A stretch of DNA of 64,000 bases from Eledone cirrhosa. Lineage: Eukaryota. The notes under the pieces are model-generated. The model was not told the origin of the DNA. It did not search any database and was given only the letters and a program-made list of their open reading frames with translations. The DNA lies in the NCBI GenBank assembly GCA_964016885.1, contig OZ024759.1, positions 13,950,001-14,014,000 of the forward strand. The letters run 5' to 3'. Both the position numbers and the translations under genes were made by a program. Position 1 is the stretch's first letter. Each line of letters opens with the position of its first letter. Below, in pieces: positions 27,671 through 39,149 of the stretch.

Positions 27671-27673
<3 letters not shown>
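27368..27673. mobile_element. Unclassified MITE with perfect 30-bp TIR
   Basis: GGGGAGGGTCATATTTGTGTAATATTGCCA and its reverse complement at 27644-27673; no clear TSD. Confidence 0.75.
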
Positions 27674-27708
<35 letters not shown>

Positions 27709-28726
27709 CCATCTTTGCGTTGCTTTCATCTGTCTATGTTGTTTACTTGTCTCACTCGCTTTACGCGATTTACTTGTCCCAATAGTTTTTTTTAGTTATT
27801 GCTCGCACCAACCTGAGGTATATGATTTTTAATGCGATGAAATATCAATGATGGTTGGCAAATCACTGACGAAGGACTATTTTTATCATATGTAACCCAT
27901 GTGCAACCACGCAGTATTCTTCTTTCTTCTCATGTTTATATATATATATATATAGTTGAAGAGAAGTACGTATTTAGCGTGATTACATGTCTATATACTA
28001 ATAATGTGTAAATTTGTATATATATTTACGCAGTCACAGTTATATCTGTATATAAACATGTTTATCATATAACGAAACACCCCACTAAATAATTTTATCA
28101 CACCCACTCAATATACATTTATAGTATCACAATGTCAACTGTGGCCCATTTAACGGATCTTCGTCTTGTTAACACTTTCGATCTCGATGAAGTACCAGTT
28201 ATATACTAGTTTCGTTATAATTGATTTCCTCTTCCCAGAAAAAAGCCATTGTTGACCTTGTGTCTAGATCAGAAACCATATATATGGCCAATAAATGAAA
28301 TCATTATTATTATGGCAGGTTCAAATCACGCCGAGGTTAGCTTTCCTTTTCATCCTTATAGGGTCGATAAAATAAAGCACCAGTAATGCACTGGAATCGA
28401 GTAAATCGATTTTCCCCTCCCTCCAAAATTGCTGGCCTTGTGCTTATAGTAGAACTCATTATTATTATTAGTAGTAGTAACGATTGTTCGAAGAATTTCG
28501 ACGCAAAATTCAGAAACCACACACACATTGTATATACACACACATTATATATATATATATATATATTATGGAATACTGTTGGCTTTTTGCTACAATGTTT
28601 TCTATACCTTTCATTTATATATATATATACATCTATATTTTCCTTTCCAACACACGATCTGTGGCCATGTTGGGGCATCGCCATATATATATATATATAT
28701 ATGTGTGTGTGCATACAAATACAAAT

Positions 28727-28758
<32 letters not shown>

Positions 28759-28819
28759 GAAAGAGATACGAGATACGACAGTGAAAAAGAGATGAAATAT
28801 AAGGTTTTATAGGGCTTAC

Positions 28820-29040
28820 CTTGGTCAATGAGACTGTGTCTTGTTGATAAAAATGGGAGAGAGCAACATGTAGGCTCTAGAGAAGTCTAGAAGGGTTTAC
28901 ACTGTTGATATTTGGATGATGTAAACATTGACTGAACGTTTGTCATTCCAATGTAGCAGACATCTTTAATTAAATCCCCTGAAACAACGCACCGAATTCA
29001 CCATGCATTCAGCTTTCTCATTGGCTCATTTCTATACGCA
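28820..29040 (-). promoter_or_regulatory. Candidate 5'-UTR first exon/promoter of the INPP4-like gene
   Basis: Island of unique sequence with consensus donor CAAG|gtaagc at 28819 and a minus-strand CCAAT near 29020. The ATG exon at 10285 has an acceptor, so an upstream exon is required. Confidence 0.35.
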
Positions 29041-29653
29041 CTCATCAATTACAATACATGCATAGATGCGTGTATACAAATACGCACACGGACACACACA
29101 TTTTACTGTGGTTACCCCCGATTGAACCCGAGATAAACATATCTATATCTATATATACACACACACACGCATATATATATGTGTGTGTGTCTATATATAT
29201 GTGTGTGCGTGTATATATCATCATCAGCATCATTTACGTCCGCTTTTCCCTGCTTGCAAGGGTGGGACGGGAACTGATTCTGGCTTGATTTCTACAGCTG
29301 GATGCCCTTCCTAATACCAACCTCATTTACAGTGAGTGCTGGGTGCTTTTTTGCCGGGGCACCTCCTCGACCGCTTTGCAGTGGAATGATAGGGACCCCA
29401 GTCCTATCATTTCATTTCTACAGCTGAGTAAACTGGAGCAATGTGAAATAGAGTGTCTTGCTCAAGGAAACAACACATCACCCGGTCTGAGAATTGAACT
29501 CACAACCATTCGATTGCAAGTCCATTGCTCTAACCACTAAGCCTTGTGCCTCCATATATATATATATACGTTTATCCCGGGTTCAATCGGGGATAACCAC
29601 AGTAAGTAAGGTACTCAATACATAGCAAAGTATAAGTATTTAATATAGAAATT

Positions 29654-29702
29654 GCTTCTACTGGACTAGAACTGTTTCATTCGAGAGAAATCATCAGGAA
29701 GC
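29654..29702 (-). ncRNA. Type I hammerhead, one arm of an inverted pair (29640-29762)
   Basis: GCTTC CTGATGA tTTC tctc GAAt GAA ACAG ttctagtc CAGT A GAAGC; GUA site. Truncated or mutated family copies near 27096-27137, 29704-29748, 43527-43613 and 47980-48020 mostly show stem III ACAG/CTGT. Confidence 0.65.
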
Positions 29703-30420
29703 CCTGCTGATTTCCCCCGAATGAAACGGTTCTAGTCCTGTAGAAGCCATTTCTATATTAAATATATATATATATGCAATCGAAAGGTTGTGAGTTCAAT
29801 TCTCGGACTGGGTGATGTGTTGTTTCCTTGAGCAAGACACTTTATTTCACATTGTCCCAGTTTACTCAGCTGTAGAAATGAAATGATAGGATTGGGGTCC
29901 CTATCATTCCACTGCAAAGTGGTCGTGAAGGTCCCCCGGCAAAAAAGCACCCAGCACTCCCTGTAAATGAGGTTGGTGTTAGGAAGGTCATCCAGCTGTA
30001 GAAATCAAGCCACAATCAGTTCCCATCCCACCCTTGCAAGCAGGGAAAAGCAGACGTAAAATGATGATGATGATGATATTTACACACACACATATATAGA
30101 CATGTGTGTAGATATATATGTTTATCCCGGGTTCAATCAGGGGTAACCACAGTAAAAAAGCACCCAGCCCACACTGTAAAGTGGACGTGTAGGTGCCACA
30201 GAAAAGAGCACCCAGCAATCACTGTAAATGAGTTTGGTGTTAGGAAGGGCATCCAGCTGTAGAAATCAAGCCAGAATCAGTCCCCATATGAGCAAGACAA
30301 GGTCAGCCGACCGGACACTGCCCACAACAGGACAACACGTCTAACCCATGATAGCATGGAAGAACAGACATAAAATGGTGATGAGGACGATGATGATATA
30401 TATGTGATCATCATTATCAT

Positions 30421-30602
30421 CGGATTGGCAGTATCGGTAGAGGGTCAGTCGCCATGCTTTGCAGCATAGAGTTACGGCCCTTGCCATTCTGAGTTCAAAT
30501 CCCGCCGAGGTTAAGTTTGCCTTTCATCGCTACGGGGTCGATAAAATAAAGTACCAGTAATGCACTGGGTAATTGCTGGTCTTGTGCCAAAAATAGAAAC
30601 AG
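30421..30602 (+). mobile_element. Nin-domain-like tRNA SINE (copies 16730-16870, 20120-20305, 20532-20700, 23200-23407, 28315-28470, 37505-37735, 38135-38320, 38468-38551, 54180-54330, 63345-63522)
   Basis: gagttcaaatcccgccgaggttaa.tttgcctttcatc.ttacggggtcgataaaataaagtaccag. The 38468-38551 copy has a 12-bp TSD attatatacact. Confidence 0.82.
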
Positions 30603-30604
30603 TT

Positions 30605-31240
30605 ATCATCACCATTTAACGTCCATTTTCCACGCTAGCATGGGTTGGACGGGCTGTCCTTTTATGAGAGATCAGGATGGAGGACCGTGTTTCGCTCACA
30701 CAGGACTCATTTTGGTTTGGTTTCTATGGCTGGGTGCACTTGCTAACACCGACCACATTTACAGTGTATGCTGACGTGACACCTACACGACCACTTTACA
30801 GTCGCCAACGTGACTGCTTTACAGTGTCGACTGCGCGTTTTTTGTTGTGTTGCCTACACAACTACTATACAGTGAGGGCTTGGCACTGTTGTCGTTACTC
30901 AGAGGGACCACTTTGTGGTGTAGGATGGGAACTTGGGTAGGTGGGGAAGAAGCTTGGAGAAGTTGAAGACAAAAGTATAGGGGAAGGAGGGATAGTTACA
31001 GCAAGGGAGGTAGGTGTATGGGAGGAGAGATGGTAAAGGAAGGTGTTGCCTACTAGATATATGCCTCAGATCGAGCATAAGGGATGCCGGGTCTTCTGTA
31101 GTACTACATAGCGTCAGTGATCACGGTCCTAAGTCATCGCCTTAGTGAGGTGCTATTGTGCAAGATCCGCTTCTATTACCTCATTCCAAGTGTTCCTAGG
31201 CCTGTCCACTCAATGGCTACCATCAACTTTGATATATATG
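30605..31240 (-). mobile_element. Old RTE 3' fragment (similar ones at 33555-33950, 42985-43280, 47255-47645, 49680-50090, 53935-54075, 61955-62165, 62480-63050)
   Basis: Shared tail motif (cat)n-tttaacgtcc...ctagcatgggtt and the gatgcccttcctaacaccaac module. Confidence 0.7.
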
Positions 31241-31297
31241 AAGCAGAAGTTTTCCTCTTCATATCTATCTATCTGTATATATATATATATATATACA

Positions 31298-31336
<39 letters not shown>

Positions 31337-31426
31337 CTATATATATACATCTCCTCTATATATATATATATTTATATATATATATATATACATATATATA
31401 TACACATATCTATATATATACATCTC

Positions 31427-31457
<31 letters not shown>

Positions 31458-31495
31458 GAAATTACATGAATCAAAGTTCAGTTTAAATCATTTAT

Positions 31496-31544
31496 TTGCT
31501 TACAATTGTTTCCTCCAAACCGAGGTTTGGATTCTTCGGAGCAA
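31496..31544 (-). ncRNA. Type I hammerhead, CCGAAGA core variant
   Basis: TTGCT CCGAAGA a TCCAAACC tc GGTTTGGA g GAA ACAATTGT A AGCAA; palindromic stem III, GUA site; 5'-truncated inverted copy at 31652-31733. Confidence 0.65.
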
Positions 31545-31908
31545 TTATTTAGTGATTTTTTACATACTTGACCTCCTTTTCAACACAAAAGACATATAGA
31601 AACATATGTATATATTGACCCACAGTGGGTTGACATCCATCATAATAATATAGAATCCAAACCTCGGTTTGGAGGAAACAATTGTAAGCAAATAAATGAT
31701 TTAAACTGAACTTTGATTCATGTAATTTCTATATAACTGCTCTGTAAAACAACTGATGTTGTTACATTGAGCTATTTATCTTACTGGTAATAAGATAGTA
31801 ATGAATTACTGTCTTTCACTATTTAGGGTTTAAATATATATAACTATAAAAGGTTTTATTATATACATAACCACAAATGGTATCCTTAATACTATATATA
31901 TATATATA

Positions 31909-32262
31909 GGAAAAGAGTCAGGACCCTGATGGCTGAACTCTGGCCGTTTTGACAGCTAAATTTGAACTGATCTAGCTGTCAAAACGGCCGGAGTTCAGCC
32001 ATCGGGGACCTCACTCTTTTCCTATTACCCACTCTACTACCCTAAGTGTTGAGTACTTTGGTGCATTATGGTCCACCTGGTTCATTACCACACTTTCTTT
32101 GTTTTATATATATATATATATACTATATATACATATATATGTGAAAAGATTCAGGACCCTGACAGCTGAGCTCCGGCTGTTTCGATAGCTAGATCGAAAC
32201 TGAGTTCGGATCTAGCTGTCAAAACAGCCAGAGCTCGGCCGTTGGGGTCCTGAATCTTTTCA
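31909..32262. repeat. Two adjacent related about 115-bp hairpin elements (31909-32022, 32142-32262)
   Basis: About 50-bp imperfect arms gaaaaga.tcaggaccctga.../...gggg.cct.a.tctttt, each followed by an 80-bp tail ending in (TA)n. Confidence 0.8.
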
Positions 32263-32516
32263 TATTGTCCACTCTACTACACCAAGTATCACGTACTCTG
32301 GTGGGTTATGGTATAGCTGGTTTTTACCACACCCTATCTGATATAAATATATATATATATATATATAAGTAGAAGAGGTATTTAATTTGTTGGAAGTCCA
32401 ACAAATATAAATGTTTATAACTGATTTAGAGCACTCAACAGTTTACTATCCAGTGAATTTCCAACCAATAAGGTATGATTTTCATGGGTATGTCTCTATT
32501 TCTAAAACAAACTTTG

Positions 32517-32579
32517 TATTTTATCTGATGAAAGTGTATCAATGTGTCTTGGTACCCTTGAAATATATATAATACAATA
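32517..32579 (+). ncRNA. Type I hammerhead ribozyme
   Basis: TATTTTAT CTGATGA AAGtGTATCAA tgtgtc TTGGTACcCTT GAA ATATATAT A ATAcAATA; canonical core, palindromic stem III, AUA site. Confidence 0.75.
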
Positions 32580-32797
32580 AATATGGTTTTATAAATATAG
32601 TTTCCATTTATTTAATATCATTGTATATATATATATATATATATAAAATACGTAGTTAAGAAAGTCACAACAATACAGAGGGAAATCTCGAGGTAGGAAG
32701 TGAAAGATAGATAGGAAAAACAGGTGAAAGTGAAAATTGAGAGAGACAAAGATGAAAACAAAACAAAGGTAGAAGGGTTACCGTAGTGGAGATTTAA

Positions 32798-32833
32798 TCC
32801 CAATATTTCGGGCTCACGCCCATCAACGGGGGA
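32798..32833 (-). ncRNA. Decayed minimal hammerhead
   Basis: TCCC CCGTTGA t GGGC gtga GCCC GAA ATAT T GGGA; stems intact, core mutated. Confidence 0.4.
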
Positions 32834-32863
32834 AAGTTCCAAAAGGGGGGGAACAGGCCAAGC

Positions 32864-32914
<51 letters not shown>

Positions 32915-34162
32915 AGGTAGCAGTTGTATATTTATTAATACAGTAGCAGTTAAATTCTGGAGTAAATCTAACAGACTTGGCTCTTTCCTCATTAATTGCT
33001 GGCCTCATGACTAAATTTAAAACCATTCTAAGTCAATACAAGGTTGTAGCACAGACCTGCTATTAAAAACATTCTAGCCATAACCATCATGTCTTCTTTC
33101 AGGCATTGCATATCTTGGCTACATTATGCAATGTGTCCTTTCTAAATTTTTTTTCTTAAGGCAGTAATGTATGATCTGAGGGTGATTTGGCTGATGTTTC
33201 TAGCAAGTTGGAATGACTATGTTAAGTCTTCTTTGGTGAGTTGCACGCGGTGGTCTCCCTTGGTCCACTATGTCAAGAGAGGGTGAAAAAGGCAGAGCGT
33301 GCGAGAGAAATAAAGATAGGCAGGTAGAGAAAGAGAGAGAGAGACCATTCATCATTGTCCATTTTACGTGCCTTTCCATGTTTACTAGCATAGCTTCCCT
33401 CCATCTCTGTGAGGTTCAGTATTTTAACATTAATTCTCATCACTTCCTCTACTGTATCTTCTTTTTACTGAGAACTGCCAGCACTTCTTCACCTGACAAT
33501 CATCATTCATCTGATTCTGCTCATACTGTTTTTTTTTCCTCTCAACCCATCCATGCATCATCACCATTGACCGTCCATTTTCTACGCTAGCTTGGGTTAG
33601 ACAAGTTGTCTAACCCATGCTAGCGTGTCGTGAGACAAGCAAGGTTAGATAGATGACCATGTTTTACTCATACAGAACTTTCTGGTTTGGTTTCCACAGC
33701 TTGATGCCCTTCCAAACGCCGAGTACTTTACAGCATGGACTGGGTGTTTTTTACCATGTCTCCTACATGACCCCTCTACAGTGTGGACTGGGTGCTTTTT
33801 GTCGCGACACCTACATGACCACTTTACAGTGTGGGCTGGATGTTTTGTGGTACCAACATAACTTTACTGAGAAAGGGTGGTGTGGGCAGAAGTGGGAGAA
33901 AGATGAAGGGGTGTGGGGGTGTATATTGGATTAAGTATATATAAAAATATATCATGATTTGCCTGTTAGGCAGCAAATTGATAGGATCATTACAATCTAT
34001 TTGTTCCAGTTCGGTTCACTGCACTTTGAGTTCAAATCTCACCGAGGTCAACTTTGCCCTTCATCAGACATCCATTGAAACCTGCTCATTTCATTAGTGT
34101 CCCGCCTCCACATATCCTCAGCCTCCCGCTTCACTACCATGCAACATGTGTATATCATAGAA

Positions 34163-34348
34163 CAGGCATGTCAAGCTGAGGGTCCCCCCAAGTGCCTCAT
34201 AGGTCACATGTGTTGTCTGAGGGCCACATATGACAACTAATTGCACACATTACAACTAATATTTTTTATTTTATATTACACTCGCACTGTAAAAACTTTT
34301 TGTGGGCCACAGGTGTGCTTCTAAAGGGCCGCATGTTTGACATGCCTG
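34163..34348. mobile_element. hAT-type MITE
   Basis: TIR CAGGCATGTCAA/TTGACATGCCTG; perfect 8-bp TSD TCATAGAA. Confidence 0.9.
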
Positions 34349-34779
34349 TCATAGAATACAAGTGAATTTGTTTGATTTATGAAGCATAGAAAGACACATC
34401 ATCACATCCCATTCCCTGTTGAAGGGAATAAAACTGATAACCCATTGATGGATACTACATCTCAATTCAGCTCTTCCTTCTCTAGAGACACCAACCAACC
34501 ATCCATTGTACCAACTTGAATGACAAATTTACGGTGCCCCAGCATGGCCACAGCCGACAGACTATAAAAGGTCAGTGAGCCTCCATGTGGGTACTCAAAC
34601 ATGCTACAAACAACAGTCAAATCTACTGCCATCTTGAAAAAGGATGGAGCTAAGGACACATAGGGTAATGTGTATCATTAGATATGCAGTACCCCAAAAA
34701 GAAAGGATGGAAAGGTCATATTTGGAAATTCTTCAGTGAAAGCGAGAACCTAGAGCTAAACAACAACAACCAATAACAG

Positions 34780-35150
34780 CAGTCTCTTGAGGATACTCCG
34801 ATGTCCTTGCCTCTTTCACCAGTCTCTGATTTGAGGATACCCCAACGTCCTTGCTCCTTCCACCACTCTCTGGTTTGAGGCTACCCCGACGTCCTTGCCC
34901 CTTCCACCAGTCTCTGCTTTGAGGATACCCCGACATCCTTGCCCCTTCCACCAGTCTCTGGTTTGAGGATACCCTGACATCCTTACTCCTTCCAACAGTC
35001 TCTGGTTTGAGGATACCCTTAGCCCCTAGCCCCTTCCACCAGTCTCTGGTTTGAGGATACCCTTAGCCCCTAGCTCCTTCCACTAGTCTGATTTGAGGAT
35101 ACCCTGACCTCCTTGCCCCTTCCACTAGTCTCTGGTTTGAAGACACCTCG
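34780..35150. repeat. About 44-bp tandem repeat x8
   Basis: gaggataccccgacgtccttgccccttccaccagtctctggttt. Confidence 0.9.
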
Positions 35151-35582
35151 CCCCTCCCTCATCCTACAAGTCTTAGAAATTTAAAAAAGGGTCACAGGCA
35201 CTGCCTTTCCCTTATACCAGTCTCAGAGGCTCTGAAAAGGGGCATGGGCACTGCTCTTCACCTCCTACATTTCTCTGGATCCTTGAGAAGGGTCATAAAT
35301 GCTACCTTTCTCTCATCCCAGAGGCCCTGAAAAGGGTGGACACAGCCCCTCTCTTCCTCCTGTCTCAGGGGCCGTGAGAAGGGTTATGAATGCTACCAGT
35401 ATCAGAAGAACTGAAAGGCATTGGACCTGTCCCCCACCCCACCCTGAATAAACAGTAAAAGAAACTAAAGAAATAAAAAGAAAAATAAGAAAAAAGCAAT
35501 CCTCGTCACAAGAAATAACTGAGAATCCATATTAAAAAAAATTTATAAAATATTTTATTGTCTTTTTTTAAAATCTTTTTAA

Positions 35583-35803
35583 CCTTTTAGCATTTAAACT
35601 GGCCATATCTGGCCAGAATTCTCTCACCTCTTTCTGTTAAAACCGGCTGTAACCGGCCGCTCATACTGATGTTAAGGTATTGTTCTCAAATTGAATAATA
35701 TCAAAATCTCATAGATTGGATATTATGTGAGATAATTATGTGAAGTAAAGCCTTTACCACAAAAATACAATAGTACATATAGAGTAATGTAAATGCTAAA
35801 GGG
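35583..35803. mobile_element. piggyBac-type MITE downstream of MZT1
   Basis: TTAA|CCTTTTAGCATTT ... AAATGCTAAAGGG|TTAA; paralogs at 42040-42593 and 43313-43405. Confidence 0.85.
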
Positions 35804-35981
35804 TTAAATGTCACATTTGTGTATCTATTTCCTCCATGAGAGGAGATAGAAATGTCTACCAGCACTGACTCCACTGTACCCCATACCAGTGTCATACTCA
35901 GGTTCTCTACCACTTGGTGGAAGCATTAAAAAAAACAACAACTTTAAAATAAACAAAGATTTTTCATGTTTATTGAGCCGG

Positions 35982-36170
35982 TCACGTTTTACTGTTCCGC
36001 AGCTCACGTATAACAACAGCGAGAGCGTTTGGGTTTACCCCAGATTCACACAGCTCGATACATAAGGATAGGGTTTCCGAATTTAAGCTAGTGTTGAGAA
36101 TGTTGGACAATTCCATGAGAATGTCAAGGGCTTCACGGGAGGCAGATAAAGTCTCTTTAGAAGATTCCAT
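35982..36170 (-). CDS. MZT1: Mitotic-spindle organizing protein 1 (MOZART1, gamma-TuRC subunit), 62 aa
   Basis: MESSKETLSASREALDILMELSNILNTSLNSETLSLCIELCESGVNPNALAVVIRELRNSKT* matches the MOZART1 signature L-x-E-x-S-x-x-L-N-T-x-L...LCE-x-GVNP-x-ALA-x-VI-x-ELR. Acceptor ttttctgatttctag at 36219-36233; AATAAA at 35969-35974 and 35554-35559 (minus). Confidence 0.95.
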   Translation of the reverse strand: MESSKETLSASREALDILMELSNILNTSLNSETLSLCIELCESGVNPNALAVVIRELRNSKT

Positions 36171-36294
36171 AACTGTAAATGCGGGTTCAATTCTCACTCC
36201 AACAGAAAACTTGACTAACTAGAAATCAGAAAATATTAAGAAAAAAATTATAATATATAAATGAATAAAAGAAAGATCAGATAAGTTCTCAATT

Positions 36295-36712
36295 AATGGT
36301 GATGGTGGAGGTGTTAATAGTGGTGATGGTGGTGTTAATAGTGGTAGTGGAAGTGTTGATGGTGGTGGAGGTGTTAATAGTGGTGGTGGTGGTAGTGGTT
36401 TTAGTGTTGATGGTGATGGTGTTAATAGTGGTGGTGGAAGTGTTGATGGTGGTGGTGGCGGTGTTAATAGTGGCGGTTGTGGTGTTAATAGTGGTGGTGG
36501 TGGTGGTAGCGGTTTTAGTGTTGATGGTATAGTGGTGTTAATAGTGGTGGTGGTGGTGGTGTTAATGTTGATGGTGATGGTGTTTGTGGTTGTGGTGATG
36601 GTGGTTGTTGTGATGGTGGTTGTGGTGATGATAGTGGTGGTGGTGGTGATGGTGATGGTGAATGTAGTGGTGGTGATGGTGATGGTGGTGGTGGCAACGG
36701 TTGTGGTGATGA
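36295..36712. repeat. (GGT)n-rich array in the probable MZT1 5'-UTR intron
   Basis: GGT/GAT triplets. Confidence 0.93.
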
Positions 36713-37852
36713 TAGGCTCAAAAAAGAACAGACATCCAATGTATCTTTATAATCACCATTTTGGAAGACCAAGAAAGACATGGGCAGAAATAGTGAAAGC
36801 TGATCTCAAATCAGTGGATCTCATGACAAAGAACTGCAACAAGCTGTACTGAGAAGGATCCATTCAATCCATGGAAAACCATACATACAATGATGCTAAA
36901 TACCCAGAGGCATATTGGAGAGCTAATCTTGAGTACTAAATACCCAAACACACATGGTAGAGCTAGCCTAGAGTGCTAAACATATAGGTACACATTGTAG
37001 AGCTAGTCTAGGGTGCTAAATATCTAAGTACACATTGTAGAGCGAGCCAGGGTGTTAAATATCTAGGCACACATTGAAGAGCTAGACTAGGGTGCTAAAT
37101 ATCTAGGTACACATCCAAGAGCTAGCCTAATGTGCTAAATACCGAAGCATACATAACCACTTACGGATATTTCTCATATGTTTTATCGATAAGTGCCCCA
37201 GTCATGTTAATGTTACAACTCATACGTATTCAGATTTAGCTGGGCTCCTTCGAGATTGCATATCATTTCTCGCGTTTTAATGATTTAACACATACATGCT
37301 GCTGTTGTTGTTACATCTCACACCTATTTGGATATTTAGCTGGTCTTCTACGTGGTTAGATCCCATAGGAGGTTTCTTGGGTGTTTTAATTATAGAGGCC
37401 CCAGTCATGTTGCTGTTGTTACAACTTACACCCACTTCTATCGTGAAAAGCAACGTGAAATGAGGTGTCTTGATCAAGAACACAATGTATTAATTACTAC
37501 AATAATGGCGGCGGAATGACAGTATCGGTAGAACGTCGGGCAGAATGCTTTGCGGCGTTTAGTTACGATTTTCTACGTTCTGAGTTGAAATCCCGTCGAG
37601 GTCAGCTTTGCCTTGCATTCTTAACGAGTAGATACAATAAAGTACCAGTAAAGTACTGAAGACGATATAATCGACTTTACTCTTCTATCAAATGTCTCGC
37701 CTTGTACCACGGCTAGAAAGAATTAATTATACTATAATAATTGACTGATTATTTCTTTAACCGACAGTAATACGAAAGACATACATAATTTAACCACGAA
37801 GGATTACCAAATAAATTAATCATAGAATATAAAATTTCCGAAGAAAACTTAC

Positions 37853-37935
37853 TGAAATGAAGACGCTTATTTAAAAACGGTTGGAGTACTTTACAAACAA
37901 ACACCGTTTCTGGTCAGATTGTTTCTGACTTCCGC
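37853..37935 (-). promoter_or_regulatory. Probable MZT1 promoter and non-coding first exon
   Basis: Unique sequence; minus-strand GCGGAAGT ETS-like motif at 37928-37935, then donor TCA|gtaagt at 37852, matching the acceptor 48 nt upstream of the MZT1 ATG. Inference. Confidence 0.55.
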
Positions 37936-38781
37936 TTTAAAGAAAAAAGGGAGACATTTAGTCACCTAACACCGTAGAATGCAATTCTCGATCGATATCT
38001 AAAATTGTTTTTTTTTTATTCACTCCTAGCCCCATTACGACACTTTCAAAATGTGATCTTTCCCTCAAAATTTATAAACATGTTTCGTGATAAAAAAACA
38101 ACAACCTAATATACAGAAACTTTCTCCCTGCGTTTAATAATTGTTTCTACTTTTTGGCACAAGGCCAGCAATTATCCTATGCATTACTGGTACTTTATTT
38201 TACCGACCCCGTAAGGATGAAAGGAAAAGTTAACTTCGGCGGGATTCGAACTCAGAATGGCAAGGGCCGTAACTCAATGCTAGCATAGCGTCCGACCCTC
38301 TACCAATACTGCCAATCCACCGAATAATATCACTGCTCTCGGCTGTCCTGATCGTGGTTTGTGCAAATATATATATATAGGACCAAAGGGGGAGGTGTTA
38401 CATGTAACCATAACTGATCAATAAATTATTGATGTAACACCTCCACTTTGTTCTTATTATATACACTTTGCCTTTCATCCTTACGGGGTCGATAAAATAA
38501 AGTACCAGTAATGCACTGGGTTTTGCTGGCCGTGTGCCAAACGTAGAAACAATTATATACACTCTTCTCTAGTATCGAGTGCTGACTTTGGTACCCTCAC
38601 CAGTTTTCTATGGATTTACTGAACCTTCTGCTCCTGCATATATATATATATATGTGTGTGTTAAGTAGTTCTGTAGAAAAGGTAAAGGAAAAAAGAGTGC
38701 TCTATGTATTGTACAGAGCTATTTAATTACATAATAAACAATTTTTAAAATGATATCATTTTCAAAATTTATAACCAAAAC

Positions 38782-38862
38782 AATTATTTTGTCTGACGAA
38801 TGAACTAAATGTTGCTTGCAAGACTCGTCTAGTTTCTTGAAACCTTTGGTAGAGAAATAATT
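38782..38862 (+). ncRNA. Partly decayed type I hammerhead; related decayed copy about 61475-61548 (-)
   Basis: aattattttgt CTGACGA ATGAACTA...TAGTTTCTT GAA ACC ttt GGT A gagaaataatt; GUA site, long imperfect stems I and II. Confidence 0.5.
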
Positions 38863-39149
38863 ATATTGTGTTGTTTATTATGTAATTATATATATACTCG
38901 TTTCATAATCTAATACTGATGCAAGACTTAGGCAATTTCATCAGGTGTTGATTGCAGAATTAGTTATATAAGATAATATGATTACTCATTGGTAAACAAC
39001 ACTACATAAATGGGGTGTATTTATATATATAAGAATGGTTTTCCAAATGGGGAATGGAAGAGAACCACAGTTAAATAAAGTACTCAAATCAGTATTACAG
39101 TATTTGAAAAGATACATGTATATATATGTGTATATCTATCATCGTCATC

